DNA of 64,000 bases from an uncultured Acidimicrobiia bacterium (GCA_963784445.1 CAWARO010000006.1:696265-760264), one strand, 5' to 3'; numbered from the stretch's first letter, positions 40,761 to 51,334 are shown. Made by a program: numbers and translations. Notes: generated from the letters alone by a model not told the origin.

Positions 40761-42386
40761 CTAGGCCGACCCGCCCAAGCCGTCGCCCTGGTGCCGGGCC
40801 CGTTCAGCGGGGCCGGCCACACCGAGCTTCTTCATCCGGAATCGCAGCGTGTTCGGGTGGATGCCGAGCCGCTCAGCCGCGTTTCCCGCCCCGTTGATCC
40901 GCCAGTGGCAACTCTGCAACACCGACTCAATGTGCATGCGCTGCACCGCGTCGAGATTGTCCGACGCGCTGGCAGGCATGACGCCCGTGTGCGTGAAGCG
41001 CAGCGGCTCGTCGAGCTGCAGGGTGTCGCCGGTGGAGGCGATCATCGCTCGCTCGACCACATTCTCCAGCTCGCGCACGTTGCCGGGCCAGGCGTGTTGC
41101 TGCAGGGCGCCCATCACGCCCGGCGGCACCTTCGTGATGTGACGCCCGAGCTCACGCTGATGACGGTTGATGAAGAACCACACCAGCTGTGGAATGTCTT
41201 CGCGGCGTTCGCGCAGCGAGGGCAGCTGGATCGGATACACGCTGAGCCGGTAATACAGGTCCGACCGGAAGGTGCCGGCCGCGACCGCGGCCTCGAGATC
41301 GCGATGGGTCGCCGCGATGACGCGCACGTCGACGGTCTTGGTGCGCGACGAGCCGACCCGCTCGAACTCGCCTTCCTGCAGTACGCGCAGAAATTTCACC
41401 TGGATGTCGGGCGGCAGATCGCCGATCTCGTCGAGGAAGATCGTGCCGCCGTCGGCCAGCTCGAACCGTCCTTGCCTGGCGGCGACGGCGCCGGTAAATG
41501 CGCCCTTCTCATGACCGAATAACTCGCTTTCGACAAGAGATGGCGGCAAGGCCGCGCAATTGACCCGGACCAACGGGCGCGCGTGACGCCGGCTGCGCTC
41601 GTGTAACGCCCGGGCGAACAGCTCCTTGCCAGTCCCGGTCGGGCCGAGCAGCAACACGCCCGAGTTGGTGGGCGCCACTTGCGCCAACCGCGCCAGCGCG
41701 AGACGCAGCGACGCGCTCTCGCCGACAATGTCGTCGAAGTCGTGAAGACTCTTGATTTCTTCTTTCAGGTAGCCGTTGTCCGCTTCGAGCCGGGCATTGA
41801 GCTCCTCGATCACGGTCACATTGGCACGTAGTGCCGTCTCGTGCCGGCCGCGCTGCAGCGCCGACGCCAGAATCTCGGTCATGAGCTGCAGCCGCTCGGC
41901 CAGCAGCGGCGTCCAGCGGCGCGGCAGCCGGCCGCAGTCGACCACCAGCGCACACACCACCTGCGTTCCGGCGGAGGCCGGCACGCCGAGGATCGAATAG
42001 GCGCCGGTCAGGCGCGATCGGTCACGACTGGCGGCGGCCTCGCGTGGCAGCTCCTCTGGCCGCGAGATCGACACCAGCTCGCCGCGCGACAAACGCTCGA
42101 CCAGCCAGTCCTCGGCCAGCGCGTGGTGCGCGCCGGCGGGCGGCCTGACCGTGCCACCGGCGGAATGAATCCGCCCCACCGTTCCAGAACCGGTGAACTC
42201 GAGCAGCCGGCAGTTCTCGGCGCGGATCGCCGCCGCGATCTCGGCGAGTGCCTGGGCCAGGGCTCCAGGCATGTCGTCGAATGGCACGCGCGTCAGCCGC
42301 CCCGACAGGGACGCGGCCAGTTGCGCGAGTGGGTCGAAATCGGTTTCAGGGACGTTCCGTGACGCTGAAATATTGACCACTGACAT
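40761..42386 (-). CDS. Sigma-54-dependent transcriptional activator (GAF sensor, AAA+ domain, Fis-type HTH)
   Basis: Walker A GPTGTGKE, the sigma-54 contact loop GAFTGA ([15 protein letters not shown]), R-finger region, and the C-terminal [24 protein letters not shown]. The N-terminus is GAF-like and there is no REC domain. Confidence 0.85.
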   Translation of the reverse strand: MSVVNISASRNVPETDFDPLAQLAASLSGRLTRVPFDDMPGALAQALAEIAAAIRAENCRLLEFTGSGTVGRIHSAGGTVRPPAGAHHALAEDWLVERLSRGELVSISRPEELPREAAASRDRSRLTGAYSILGVPASAGTQVVCALVVDCGRLPRRWTPLLAERLQLMTEILASALQRGRHETALRANVTVIEELNARLEADNGYLKEEIKSLHDFDDIVGESASLRLALARLAQVAPTNSGVLLLGPTGTGKELFARALHERSRRHARPLVRVNCAALPPSLVESELFGHEKGAFTGAVAARQGRFELADGGTIFLDEIGDLPPDIQVKFLRVLQEGEFERVGSSRTKTVDVRVIAATHRDLEAAVAAGTFRSDLYYRLSVYPIQLPSLRERREDIPQLVWFFINRHQRELGRHITKVPPGVMGALQQHAWPGNVRELENVVERAMIASTGDTLQLDEPLRFTHTGVMPASASDNLDAVQRMHIESVLQSCHWRINGAGNAAERLGIHPNTLRFRMKKLGVAGPAERARHQGDGLGGSA

Positions 42387-42428
42387 AAGTAACCTCGTGC
42401 AAAGCATGCGTTCGTAGTGAATTTGCCC

Positions 42429-42851
42429 TTACCGCCGCGACCGCCTCAGCTCCTCCCCTTGCATACTGCTGCTGACATGGCGCTCGCCGCGAAGGGCCGC
42501 GTGCACGGCCGGCACCAGGTCGTCGCCGGCCGCAAGTTTCAGGACGTAGCCGAGGGCGCCGGTGGCCAGCCCTCGGGCCACCAGCACGGGATCGGCATGG
42601 ACGCTAATCAAGACGATCCGGGCCATGGGGTTCATTTCCAGGATTCTGGCCGCCGCCGTGATCCCGTCGAGTTCGGGCATCGAGATGTCGCTGACAATGA
42701 CGTCGGGCAACAGGCGTGCAGCGTCACAGACCAGGGTGCGGCCGTCAGTGACGTGCCCAATCACGTCGAACTCCGGCTCCAGCAACTCGCACAGCTGCGC
42801 GGCGGTGTCGAGATGGTCGTCGGCGAGCAACAAACGGGTCCGGGACATCAT
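42429..42851 (-). CDS. Single-domain response regulator (REC only)
   Basis: LLLADDH...DVIVSDISMPELDG...VLISVH: the CheY-like acidic pocket and phospho-acceptor Asp context. Confidence 0.75.
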   Translation of the reverse strand: MMSRTRLLLADDHLDTAAQLCELLEPEFDVIGHVTDGRTLVCDAARLLPDVIVSDISMPELDGITAAARILEMNPMARIVLISVHADPVLVARGLATGALGYVLKLAAGDDLVPAVHAALRGERHVSSSMQGEELRRSRR

Positions 42852-42987
42852 GGAGTTGATGTCGCGGAGTCTATTGATGTGAAATCAGCGTGGGCAGCGA
42901 AGAACTACGTGGCCGAGGTTGAAAAGTTACTCGGGCCAGCTCCGTAAAACTACTGGCCAGGCGGCTAACTAGCCGCGCCAGGGGGGC

Positions 42988-43629
42988 TCAGTCCCCTGTG
43001 AGCCGCTGCTCGATGGCGTACCTTACGAGTTCCGCTGTGGAATGGACGCCGAGGACCTGCATCATCTCGTATTTGTGGGTTTCGACCGTCCGCGTCGACA
43101 GCTCCAACGCGGCGGCAATCTCCTTCATGCGCTGTCCCTTTACGATCAGGCGCAGGACATCGAGCTGCCGGGGCGTGAGCTCCGGGCCTGACCGGCTCCC
43201 GGCGTCGGCCATCCGCTCCATTACGGCGCGCGTCACCGCCGCCGTCAGGTAGACACGTCCCTGTAACGCCTGGCGAATGGCGGTGACCAGCTCCTCGCCC
43301 GCCGACTCTTTCAGGAGAAACGCCGAGGCTCCGGCCTTCAGGGCCTGCGTGGCCCGCTCGCCATCGTTGTGCATCGTCAGCACCACGACCTTGCTGTCGA
43401 TGCGCTCGTCTTTCAGCTTGCCGAGCACATCGAGACCGCTCAGGGCCGGCATCGACAGATCGGTGACGATCACATCCGGTTTCAGCCGGCGCGCCGCCTC
43501 GATCAGTTTCTCGCCGTCGCCGACGGCCCCGACGACGTCGAATTCATGCTCCTTGAGCAGGGAGACGAGGCCTTCCATGACGATAGCGTGATCGTCGGCG
43601 ATGAGAACGGTGGTTTGGCGGGTGGTCAT
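42988..43629 (-). CDS. NarL/FixJ (LuxR)-family response regulator
   Basis: REC domain (VLIADDH, DVIVTDLSMPALSG) plus LuxR HTH (LTPRQLDVLRLIVKGQRMKEIAAALELSTRTVETHK). Confidence 0.85.
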   Translation of the reverse strand: MTTRQTTVLIADDHAIVMEGLVSLLKEHEFDVVGAVGDGEKLIEAARRLKPDVIVTDLSMPALSGLDVLGKLKDERIDSKVVVLTMHNDGERATQALKAGASAFLLKESAGEELVTAIRQALQGRVYLTAAVTRAVMERMADAGSRSGPELTPRQLDVLRLIVKGQRMKEIAAALELSTRTVETHKYEMMQVLGVHSTAELVRYAIEQRLTGD

Positions 43630-43634
43630 AGCTG

Positions 43635-45976
43635 TCAGTTTGGCGGGCGGTGCGGGGCGTGCCCGTTGGCCGGCACCTGGACGCGAAGTCGCGTGCCCTT
43701 GTTCAGTTCGGTCATGATGCTCACGGTACCACCGACGAGCCTGACCCGCTCGCTGATACTGACCAGGCCGAGACCGTGGCCGTCTCTGCCGGCGCCGACG
43801 ATGTCAAAACCCTGGCCATCATCAGCGATCGATAGCTCTGCCAAGTCGCCAGCGCGGAACAGACGCACCTCGGCGCGCCTGGCGTTGGCGTGCGTCACCA
43901 CATTGCGCAGACCCTCCTGGGCGACCCGGTACAGGCACAGTGCCGTGTCGGCCGAGGTGGAGGCGAAGTCCCCATCGGCGCTGAAGGTCACCGCGATCCG
44001 CTGATGGCGCTCGATCTCGGCGCAATGCGTGGTCAGCGCAGCTGACCAGCCCGGCGTGCTCGAGCACGCTCGGATGCAGGTCGTGCGAGAGGTCGCGGAC
44101 GTTCTCGGCGAGCGCGACCGTGCGCTGCTGAACAGCATGACACGTCGCGCGCCAGGACGGCGCCGCCCGGCATGCCCGTCGACCTGCCGCTTGATGCCGC
44201 TCAGCGCGATCGAGAGGCCGGCGATTTCCTGACTGAGATCATCGTGCAAGTCACGCGCGATCCGCGCCCGCTCGACCTCCTGGGAGGCGATCAACCGTCC
44301 GGCCAGATGCGTCAATTTCCCGATGGCTGGCGTCGAGCACCGCCTGGTTCTCGCGGATCGCCTCCTCGGCGAGCTTCCGTTCGGTGATGTCAACCTTGGT
44401 GCCCACCAGCCGGCGCAGGCTGCGGTCGGCAGCCCGCAGCGCGGACCCGCGCGAGAGCATCCACTTCACGCTGCCATCTTTGTGCAGCATCCGATGCTCG
44501 ATTTCGTACGTATCGGTGATGCCATCGATGCAGTTCTGGACGCCGCGCGGCCGCGACGGCAAGGTCTTCGGGGTGGACTCGCGATCCCCAGTCGTCCGGC
44601 CGGGTTGAGATCTCCCAATCGTCGAACCCCAGGAGTGACTTCAATCCCGAGTCCACGAACAGCTCGTTGGTCTCGAAGTTCCAGTCCCACACGCCGACGG
44701 CGCCGGCCGCGGCCGCCAGCGAGTAGCGCTGCTGGCTGTCGAGCAGCGCCGTCTCCACTCGCCGTCGTCGCGCGCGCTGGAACAACAGCGCGCCGATTAA
44801 CGAGGTCTGCAATCCGAGCAGGAGGATCGCACCGACGATTAGCGGTCGGTACTGACCCCAAGCGCTGACTTGCCTGAAAAGGATGGTGCTGCCGGAGGGC
44901 AACAGGGACTCGCTGATGTTCCAGCGTTGCAGCTTCCGCCAATCGAAGAGATCGACGTTTGCTCCGCCTTCGCGCAACGGGAGCGCTGACGGCTGTTCGC
45001 CCGCGAGAATTCGGCGTACCAGGCCAGCAGCTTGCTCGCCGTGAGCGGTGACGCTGTACAGCCGCCCGCCGACGATACCTCGTCCCATGAGTTGGTCTAG
45101 AAATCCATAGACGGGCACGTTCGCCGCTGCGGTGATGCGCTCGGCGACCTCGTGAGGGACGAATGCTTCGCCGGCGCCGTCTCTAAACATCGTGGAATAG
45201 AGGACGACCGTTTGTGGCGGCAGGTTCGCGAGCTGGGCCAGCAGTTGGCGGAGCGGCAGTGCCGTCTGGTAGGTGAAAGTGAGCCGACCTTCATACGGGC
45301 GGAGTTCTCGCCGGGCCTGTTCGACCAGCCGCGTGTCAAACTCGGACGTGCCACCAATGAACATCACGTGGCTGGTGCCGGGATGAAGCCGCAGCGCGAT
45401 GTCCAACGTCGGTGAGAACTCTCGCTTCACGAGGACACCGGTCACGTGACTTGGTAGCGAACGGCCCTCGATCTCTCGCCGGTCGATCCCACAAAACACG
45501 ATCGGCGTGCCAGGGAAGATCAGCTCGCCCTCACCGAGGAGGAAGTCGAGCGCGGGGCCCATCACCGCCACGACCACATCAATCTTTTTCGCCGCGTACT
45601 TCGTGCGAAGGTAGTCGCGCAGCAACCGCGGGTACCCGTCTGAACCGAACCGGGACAAATCCATCGCTTCGCGATAGACCTCAACCGACCCCGACCGATC
45701 CGCCGTCAGTGATTGCTCAAGAGCGGCGTCGAGAACGGCCAACCCGGGAAAATCGAGGCGTTCGTCATAGAGCAGAACAACCCGGTGAGTTTCGACTTCC
45801 TCTTCGTCGGCCGGGCGCGGACGGTCGACGCCAGCGGGATTGCTCGGGCTGATGGGGGCTTGGGCAGTCACTACGCCCGACTCATCGAACGCGCGGCCTT
45901 GCAACGGCGCGGTTGATTGCGCGTGAAGTGGTGCGGCGGCGAGCAGCACCAGGGCGAGCGCGGTAGTGACCGACAT
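43635..45976 (-). pseudogene. Sensor histidine kinase (periplasmic ABC-substrate-binding-like domain, TM, PAS, HisKA_3, HATPase_c), disrupted by at least 5 frameshifts
   Basis: ORFs 44390..45976, 44251..44562 and 43635..44393 are colinear. The H-box is EVERARIARDLHDD. The second DHp helix (VQQRTVALAENVRDLSHDLHPSVLEHAGLVS) sits in another frame between about 44045 and 44170. Further junctions lie at about 44563 and 44316. Confidence 0.8.
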
Positions 45977-46250
45977 CTATTCCTCCCGGCGCCTACAACA
46001 CGTCAAAGCACGGGCGAGTCAGGGCCAACCGTCGCGATCGAAGCAGCCTAGGGGAATGCCAGTATATGTATGACGGCATGCCCGTAGGACGACATTCGCG
46101 TGAATTCGATACACCCTAGCCAACTACTTGCCTGGGGAGGACTTATGGGGAGATCCTAGCGTTCCACCAGCCGGACTGTTGCATGAAATATAGTCATCGT
46201 AGCTACCTGCGGCGGGCATGCGACAGGCCGGCGCCGGATAGAATCTTCCT

Positions 46251-47006
46251 GTGCAACAGCGCGGACCCCGGTCGTGGGTTGGCCGGACGCTCGTGGCCGG
46301 TGCGCTGTTGACGCTGGCGCCCTCGATCTGGGGACAGGACGTCCGGCAACATCGAGTACTCGCGCTTTACGTAACGACGCCAGGCGCGGCGGGCGCGGTC
46401 GCCTGGGAATCAGCGCTGCGCGAGGTGCTTGGCGATGCACTGGGGTCGCGCCTGGACTTTCATAGCGAATACATCGACTCACTGAGCGCCATCCAACGCG
46501 ACACCGCTGCGCTGGCTGAGGAAGTGCGCCACGTCTCGCACGACCTGCATCCCAGCCTGCTCCAATATACCGGGCTCGTCCCGGCGTTGACCGCGTTGTG
46601 CGCGCAGTTTGGCAAGCAGCGCGGCATCGCCGTGACGTGCCACGCCGTTCCCGACCTCGAGCCGATTGACGCCGACACCGCGCTGTGTGTGTACCGCGTC
46701 ACGCAGGAAGCGCTGCATAACGCCGGCAAACATGCGCAGGCGCTCCGGGTCGACGTGCAATTGACCCGGACCGCCACAGGCGTGCAGCTGTCGATCGCCG
46801 ATGATGGCAAGGGATTCGAGCTTGCCAACACGCGCGGACGCGTCGACGGCCTTGGGCTGGTCAGCATCGACGAACGCGTCCGGATTCTTCGCGGCTCGGT
46901 CGATATCCAAACCCAACCGGGTGCTGGCACGCTGATCGTGGTCAGGCTGCCGTCATCCGATGTGACGCGGCGGGTCGATGACACCGCGTTCCCAGCCGAG
47001 GCGTGA
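46251..47006 (+). CDS. Internally deleted paralogue of the sensor kinase (signal peptide and start of the periplasmic domain fused in frame to the second DHp helix and HATPase_c)
   Basis: HRVLALY...LDFHSEYIDS aligns with HRVVLLY...VEVYREAMDLS of 43635..45976. It then jumps to AIQRDTAALAEEVRHVSHDLHPSLLQYTGLVPAL and an intact ATPase domain. There is no TM, no PAS and no H-box His. Confidence 0.65.
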   Translation: MQQRGPRSWVGRTLVAGALLTLAPSIWGQDVRQHRVLALYVTTPGAAGAVAWESALREVLGDALGSRLDFHSEYIDSLSAIQRDTAALAEEVRHVSHDLHPSLLQYTGLVPALTALCAQFGKQRGIAVTCHAVPDLEPIDADTALCVYRVTQEALHNAGKHAQALRVDVQLTRTATGVQLSIADDGKGFELANTRGRVDGLGLVSIDERVRILRGSVDIQTQPGAGTLIVVRLPSSDVTRRVDDTAFPAEA

Positions 47007-48184
47007 ACACGGCGCTACGATACGCGTGGATCGGCGCGCTCAACCTCGCCCTGGCGTTCGCGATCTACCAACTCGCGCCAGGCGAGCCGCGGTTGTCGGA
47101 TCGCGACGCGTACGACTACGTGGGCCAGGCGCCGTTCGCGCCCAACTGCCCCTACTCGATCTACTGCTATCGGGTGCTCGTGCCCAGCCTGGTGCACAGC
47201 CTGCCCGTCAATCCCGACACCGGCTGGCGCGCGTATCAAGTTGTCAGTAACGCCGCGGCAGGCTCGGTGATCGCGACAGTGGCGGCGACGCTTTCTGCCG
47301 CGCCGCTGGTTCCTCTGCTGGCCAGCGTCATGGCGCAGACCAGCTACGGCTTTACGTTCACGGCCTACGATCCGTACGCGGCCGATCCGCTGGTGTTCCT
47401 GATCGCGGCGTTGCTCACGTGGTGCTGGGTCCACGATCGCGTCTGGCCCGCGCTCGCCCTCAGCGCGATCGGCATCTTTGCTAAGGAAACGATCGCGCTG
47501 ATTGCGATCGCGATGGCGCTGGCGGCAGTCATTGGGCGGTGGGCCTTCGCGCCGGTCGCGACGCGCAGGCCGGCGGATCGCGACTGGAAAAAGTGGCTGC
47601 TACCGGCGTTGGCCAGCGTCGCGTTGCTCGCGGCGTTTCACTTCATCTCGCGCGTGTGGTTGAACTGGGAGATCAGGAGCAATCCTGCCGCGCAACTGGA
47701 GCACGGATCGTGGATCGGCCTGTGGTGGCGCAACAATCCCTTGATCGAGCGCAAGGTCTACATGCTGTTTGCGACGTTCGGATTCGGCTGGCTGTTCGCC
47801 GTCCTCGGCTGGCGCATCGCCCCACGGCGGTGGCGTGCATTGGCCATCGGGACGATCCCGCCGATGCTGGTGTTGCTCGTGGCGCAGACGCCGGAGCGCG
47901 CGCTCGGCAACGCGTTCTTTGTGGTGATTCCGCTGGCGGCGCTGTTCGCGGCACGCGCGCCGGTACTCGGCGCTATCGCGATTGGTTTGAATGGATTGGT
48001 GACGGCGAAGGCGGGTACCGCGTCCGTGTGGTTGCCGTCGGCGCGCTGGGTGCTGATTCCTGCCGCGATCGCTACGCTGTTGGTTGTGTGGAAGGCCTCA
48101 CTGGCGGGCGGGACTAAAGTCCCGCCCCTACGTATGCCTGAGGCGTCAGGCCCAAGCCCCAAGTCCCAAGCCCCACGTCCCTAG
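47003..48184 (+). CDS. Polytopic membrane protein of unknown function (GT-C-like appearance)
   Basis: 393 aa with about 10 hydrophobic helices. GTGA start/stop overlap with 46251..47006. The last roughly 25 codons are read from repeat elements. Confidence 0.55.
   Translation: MNTALRYAWIGALNLALAFAIYQLAPGEPRLSDRDAYDYVGQAPFAPNCPYSIYCYRVLVPSLVHSLPVNPDTGWRAYQVVSNAAAGSVIATVAATLSAAPLVPLLASVMAQTSYGFTFTAYDPYAADPLVFLIAALLTWCWVHDRVWPALALSAIGIFAKETIALIAIAMALAAVIGRWAFAPVATRRPADRDWKKWLLPALASVALLAAFHFISRVWLNWEIRSNPAAQLEHGSWIGLWWRNNPLIERKVYMLFATFGFGWLFAVLGWRIAPRRWRALAIGTIPPMLVLLVAQTPERALGNAFFVVIPLAALFAARAPVLGAIAIGLNGLVTAKAGTASVWLPSARWVLIPAAIATLLVVWKASLAGGTKVPPLRMPEASGPSPKSQAPRP
48104..48133. repeat. REP-like palindromic element, copy a
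   Basis: GGGCGGGAC-TAAA-GTCCCGCCC followed by CTACG. It is followed by a second hairpin GCCTGA-ggcg-TCAGGC. Confidence 0.6.
48150..48180. repeat. Heptamer tandem repeat (CCCAAGY)n
   Basis: cccaagc cccaagt cccaagc cccacgt: four 7-nt units. Confidence 0.45.
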
Positions 48185-49848
48185 CAACTCACGCAGCGGT
48201 TGTTGTTCTTCGCGCCGAGGCCCTCTAACAACTTGATCGTCTCGGGGTACGGCTGGGTGCGCTGCACGGGGCCATTGGCCATGTCCACCGTGGTCAGGCC
48301 GCGGCGATTGACCTTCTTGACGTCGGCGCCCTTCGACACCAGATACAGAATCATCTCGTTGTCGCCACGCGACGCGGCGTTGTGGACCGCGGTGCTGCCG
48401 TCTTCATCTTCGGCGTTCACGTCGACGCCCACTTCCTCGACCAGGAACTTCACCGCCGCCAGCATGCCGGTGGGCGCGAAACGATGGGCGTTGCCGGCGA
48501 AGCCTTCGCTGTAGCCGGCGCCCGCGGTGGCCACCAGCGGCGGCGTGCCGGGGCCGCCGGTCGGCAGCGCTTCACGATTCAACGGATCCCGATCGCTGCC
48601 ACCGCGCGTGCCGCCCTGGAAATTACCGCGCTGCGCGACCCTCATCGTCGGAATGAACGGATCGGCGCCGTGCTGCATCAGGAGCTTCATGGCCGCGATG
48701 TCGCTCGCGTAGGCGGCGCGCCAGAACGGCGTGGCGCCGGAGTCGTCCGTGCGCAGCAGGTCGAAGTTGTACTGCGTGAACCAGGTGTTGCGATTGGTGC
48801 GCGCGTTCGGATCGGCGCCCTTGTCGAGCAGCTTCTTCATCAGGTCGAGATAGGCGGTCTTCTGCTGCAGATAGGCGCGCGGCTGCGGATAGAACGAGCG
48901 CGGCTGCCACTGCACGTTGACCACCGCATAGAGCGGCGTGACGCCGCCGATGCTGGCGAGATTCGGATCGGCGCCGTTATCGAGGAGGAAGCTCACCAGA
49001 TCGAAATGACCGTTGATGGCGGCCACCAGCACCGGCGAGGTCTGATCGCCGGCGCCGCGCTGGTTCACGTTGGCGCCGGCCTTGAGCAGCGCTTCGGCGG
49101 TGGCCAGCGAGCCCTGGCGCGCGGCGAAATGCAGCGCGGCGAGGCCGCCGTGCTTGCCGATCAATTCGTTGTAGTTGAACGGACGGGTGATGCCCGGCAC
49201 GTCGGGCCCCGGGCCGCGCGGCGCCTGCGGGCGCGGCACGCCGTTCTGGTCGGCATCGTTGGTCATGGTCAGCGACGCGAAATCCTGGACGCGCGAGGTC
49301 AGGTGCAGATCGGCGCCGCGCGCGATCAACAGCTTGATCACGTCGACACGATCGGCGGCGGCGGCAAACATCAGCGCCGTCTGGCCGTTCGCGGTTTCCG
49401 TGACGTTCGGGTCGGCGCCGTTCTCGATCAGGATGCGCACGGCATCAGTGCTGCCCGAGTGCGAGGCCTGCATCAGCGCGGTGGCGCCGGTGGCGGTGGC
49501 GGCGGTCACCGAGGCGCCCGCGGCCACGAGCGGCGCGATCACGTTGGCGTTACCTATCTGCGCGGCGAGATGCAGCGGCGTGTAACCGCCGATGCGCGTC
49601 TTGGCGCCGACATTGGCGCCGGCGTAGAGCAGCATCGACGCAAGCTCGGCGTCGCCGTTGAGGGCGGCCCAATGCAGCGCCGTCATGCCGTCGCCCTGGG
49701 CGCCGTTCACGTCCGCGCCTTCCTTGATCAGTTTGCGGACAGCCGTGGCGTCCTTTGACTGGGCGGCGTTGGCCACATCCGATGGTCCTGACGCGGACAG
49801 TGAACCCGACAGCGTGGCCACGACGATCAACGCGAGGAGTTTTCTCAT
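48181..49848 (-). CDS. Exported ankyrin-repeat protein
   Basis: Signal peptide MRKLLALIVVATLSGSLSASG and at least 8 ANK repeats (G.TALHWAA..G...L...LL..GA..N). Confidence 0.8.
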   Translation of the reverse strand: MRKLLALIVVATLSGSLSASGPSDVANAAQSKDATAVRKLIKEGADVNGAQGDGMTALHWAALNGDAELASMLLYAGANVGAKTRIGGYTPLHLAAQIGNANVIAPLVAAGASVTAATATGATALMQASHSGSTDAVRILIENGADPNVTETANGQTALMFAAAADRVDVIKLLIARGADLHLTSRVQDFASLTMTNDADQNGVPRPQAPRGPGPDVPGITRPFNYNELIGKHGGLAALHFAARQGSLATAEALLKAGANVNQRGAGDQTSPVLVAAINGHFDLVSFLLDNGADPNLASIGGVTPLYAVVNVQWQPRSFYPQPRAYLQQKTAYLDLMKKLLDKGADPNARTNRNTWFTQYNFDLLRTDDSGATPFWRAAYASDIAAMKLLMQHGADPFIPTMRVAQRGNFQGGTRGGSDRDPLNREALPTGGPGTPPLVATAGAGYSEGFAGNAHRFAPTGMLAAVKFLVEEVGVDVNAEDEDGSTAVHNAASRGDNEMILYLVSKGADVKKVNRRGLTTVDMANGPVQRTQPYPETIKLLEGLGAKNNNRCVSC

Positions 49849-49865
49849 ATGCGTATCCACCCGAA

Positions 49866-49923
49866 GGCGGGACTAAAGTCCGCCTCTACGTACTGGCGGG
49901 CGGGACTAAGTCCCGCCCCTACG
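49866..49923. repeat. REP-like palindromic elements, two tandem copies (b1, b2)
   Basis: GGCGGGAC-TAAA-GTCCGCC-TCTACG and GGGCGGGAC-TAA-GTCCCGCCC-CTACG, in the 67-nt gap between the DUF1552 stop and the ankyrin start. Confidence 0.6.
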
Positions 49924-49927
49924 AAAC

Positions 49928-51319
49928 CTACGCTACTGTCGACGCCGGCGCCGTATTTAGATCCATCACCGCGTTGCTGTCGCCGAACGTGTTCAGGTCG
50001 AGGCCCACGCCGCGCAGCGCGCCGAGCATGGCGTTGGCCATCGGCGTGCCGTCGGCGGCCTTGATGTGCAGGTTGCCCTTCAGCGCGCCGCCGGCGTGGC
50101 CGGCGAGGAACAGCGGGCAGCGCTTGTGGTTGTGCACGTTGGAGTTGCCCATCGGCGAGCCGTAGATCAACAGCGAGTTCTCGAGCAGGTTGCTGTCGCC
50201 GTCCGGCGTCTCCTTCAGTTTCTTCATGAAGTACGGGATCAAGCTGACGTGGTAGCGGTTGATCTTCGCCAGGTCGAGGATGCGCTCCTCGCGTTCGCCG
50301 TGGTGCGAGGCAATGTGGAAGCCGGTGTTGACGCCAGTCTCCGGATAGACGCGGTTCGAGACGTCGCGGCTCAACTTGAACGCCACCGATCGCGTCAGGT
50401 CGGAGGCAAACGCCACCACCTGCATGTCGAACATCAACTTGACGTGCTCGTCGTAGGCATCGGGGACGCCGATCGGCGCGCCCGGAATCGCGCGCGCTTC
50501 ACCCGACGCATTCTGCGCTTCCACCTTCTGGATGCGGCGCTCGATCTCGCGCACGTCCTCGAGGTAATCGGCGAGACGAATCTGGTCGGCATGACCGAGC
50601 TGCGCCTTCAGCCGGTCGCTGGACTGGGTGACCCAGTCGAGGATGCTGCGATCGCGGCGGCGGCGGGCGGCGCGCGCTTCGGGCGTGGCGCCAATGCCGA
50701 ACAGCTGATCGAACACCGCGCGCGGATCGCGAATCATCGGCAGCGGATCTTCTTCGTTCGCCCAGCTGATCGAGTCGGTATACGCGCAGGAATACCCGTA
50801 GAAGCAGCCGCCGGCCTGATCGACGTTCTCGACGCACAGCTGCATCGAGGGAATCGGCGTCTCCTGCCCATACTTCTGCGCAAACAACTGATCGAGCGAG
50901 GTGCCGGCCTTGAGGTCCGAGCCCTGCGTCTGTTTCGGATGCGACTGGGTCAGGAACACGGCCGCGGAGCGGAAGTGATCGCCGCCGATTTCCGGCGGAG
51001 CGAACGCTTCGGCCATGCGGACGTCGGTGTTGCTGACAATGGTGAGGTACTCGCGCCAGGGTTCGAGCGGCGACAACGCGGTGACGCTGAGGTCGAACGC
51101 CGACCCGGTGGCCGCCGGCGCCCACAGGTTTTTCGAGAGACCAAACGCAGTACTCCCCGCGGAGCCGTGCACCATCTCCATCGCCACGAGGCGCACTTTG
51201 CGGGTCTGGGCGGAAACGCCCGCCGGCATCATCGCGTCGAGGAACGGGAGCGCCACGGTGGCGCCAATGCCTTTCAGGACGGTGCGGCGATCGAGGTGCT
51301 TACCGGTGATGAAATGCAT
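49928..51319 (-). CDS. DUF1552 domain protein (Tat-signal)
   Basis: LDRRTVLKGIGATVALPFLDAM twin-arginine-like N-terminus, plus the GGDH and HxxxP-type blocks typical of DUF1552. Confidence 0.85.
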   Translation of the reverse strand: MHFITGKHLDRRTVLKGIGATVALPFLDAMMPAGVSAQTRKVRLVAMEMVHGSAGSTAFGLSKNLWAPAATGSAFDLSVTALSPLEPWREYLTIVSNTDVRMAEAFAPPEIGGDHFRSAAVFLTQSHPKQTQGSDLKAGTSLDQLFAQKYGQETPIPSMQLCVENVDQAGGCFYGYSCAYTDSISWANEEDPLPMIRDPRAVFDQLFGIGATPEARAARRRRDRSILDWVTQSSDRLKAQLGHADQIRLADYLEDVREIERRIQKVEAQNASGEARAIPGAPIGVPDAYDEHVKLMFDMQVVAFASDLTRSVAFKLSRDVSNRVYPETGVNTGFHIASHHGEREERILDLAKINRYHVSLIPYFMKKLKETPDGDSNLLENSLLIYGSPMGNSNVHNHKRCPLFLAGHAGGALKGNLHIKAADGTPMANAMLGALRGVGLDLNTFGDSNAVMDLNTAPASTVA

Positions 51320-51334
51320 ATCAGTCTCTTGTCT

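Noticed and set aside
45977-46250. The lower-GC 274-bp spacer between the two kinase genes as a possible small RNA or mobile-element scar.
   Set aside because: It shows only short hairpins and a TAGAAT box. I could not see any terminal repeats, conserved structure or ORF.
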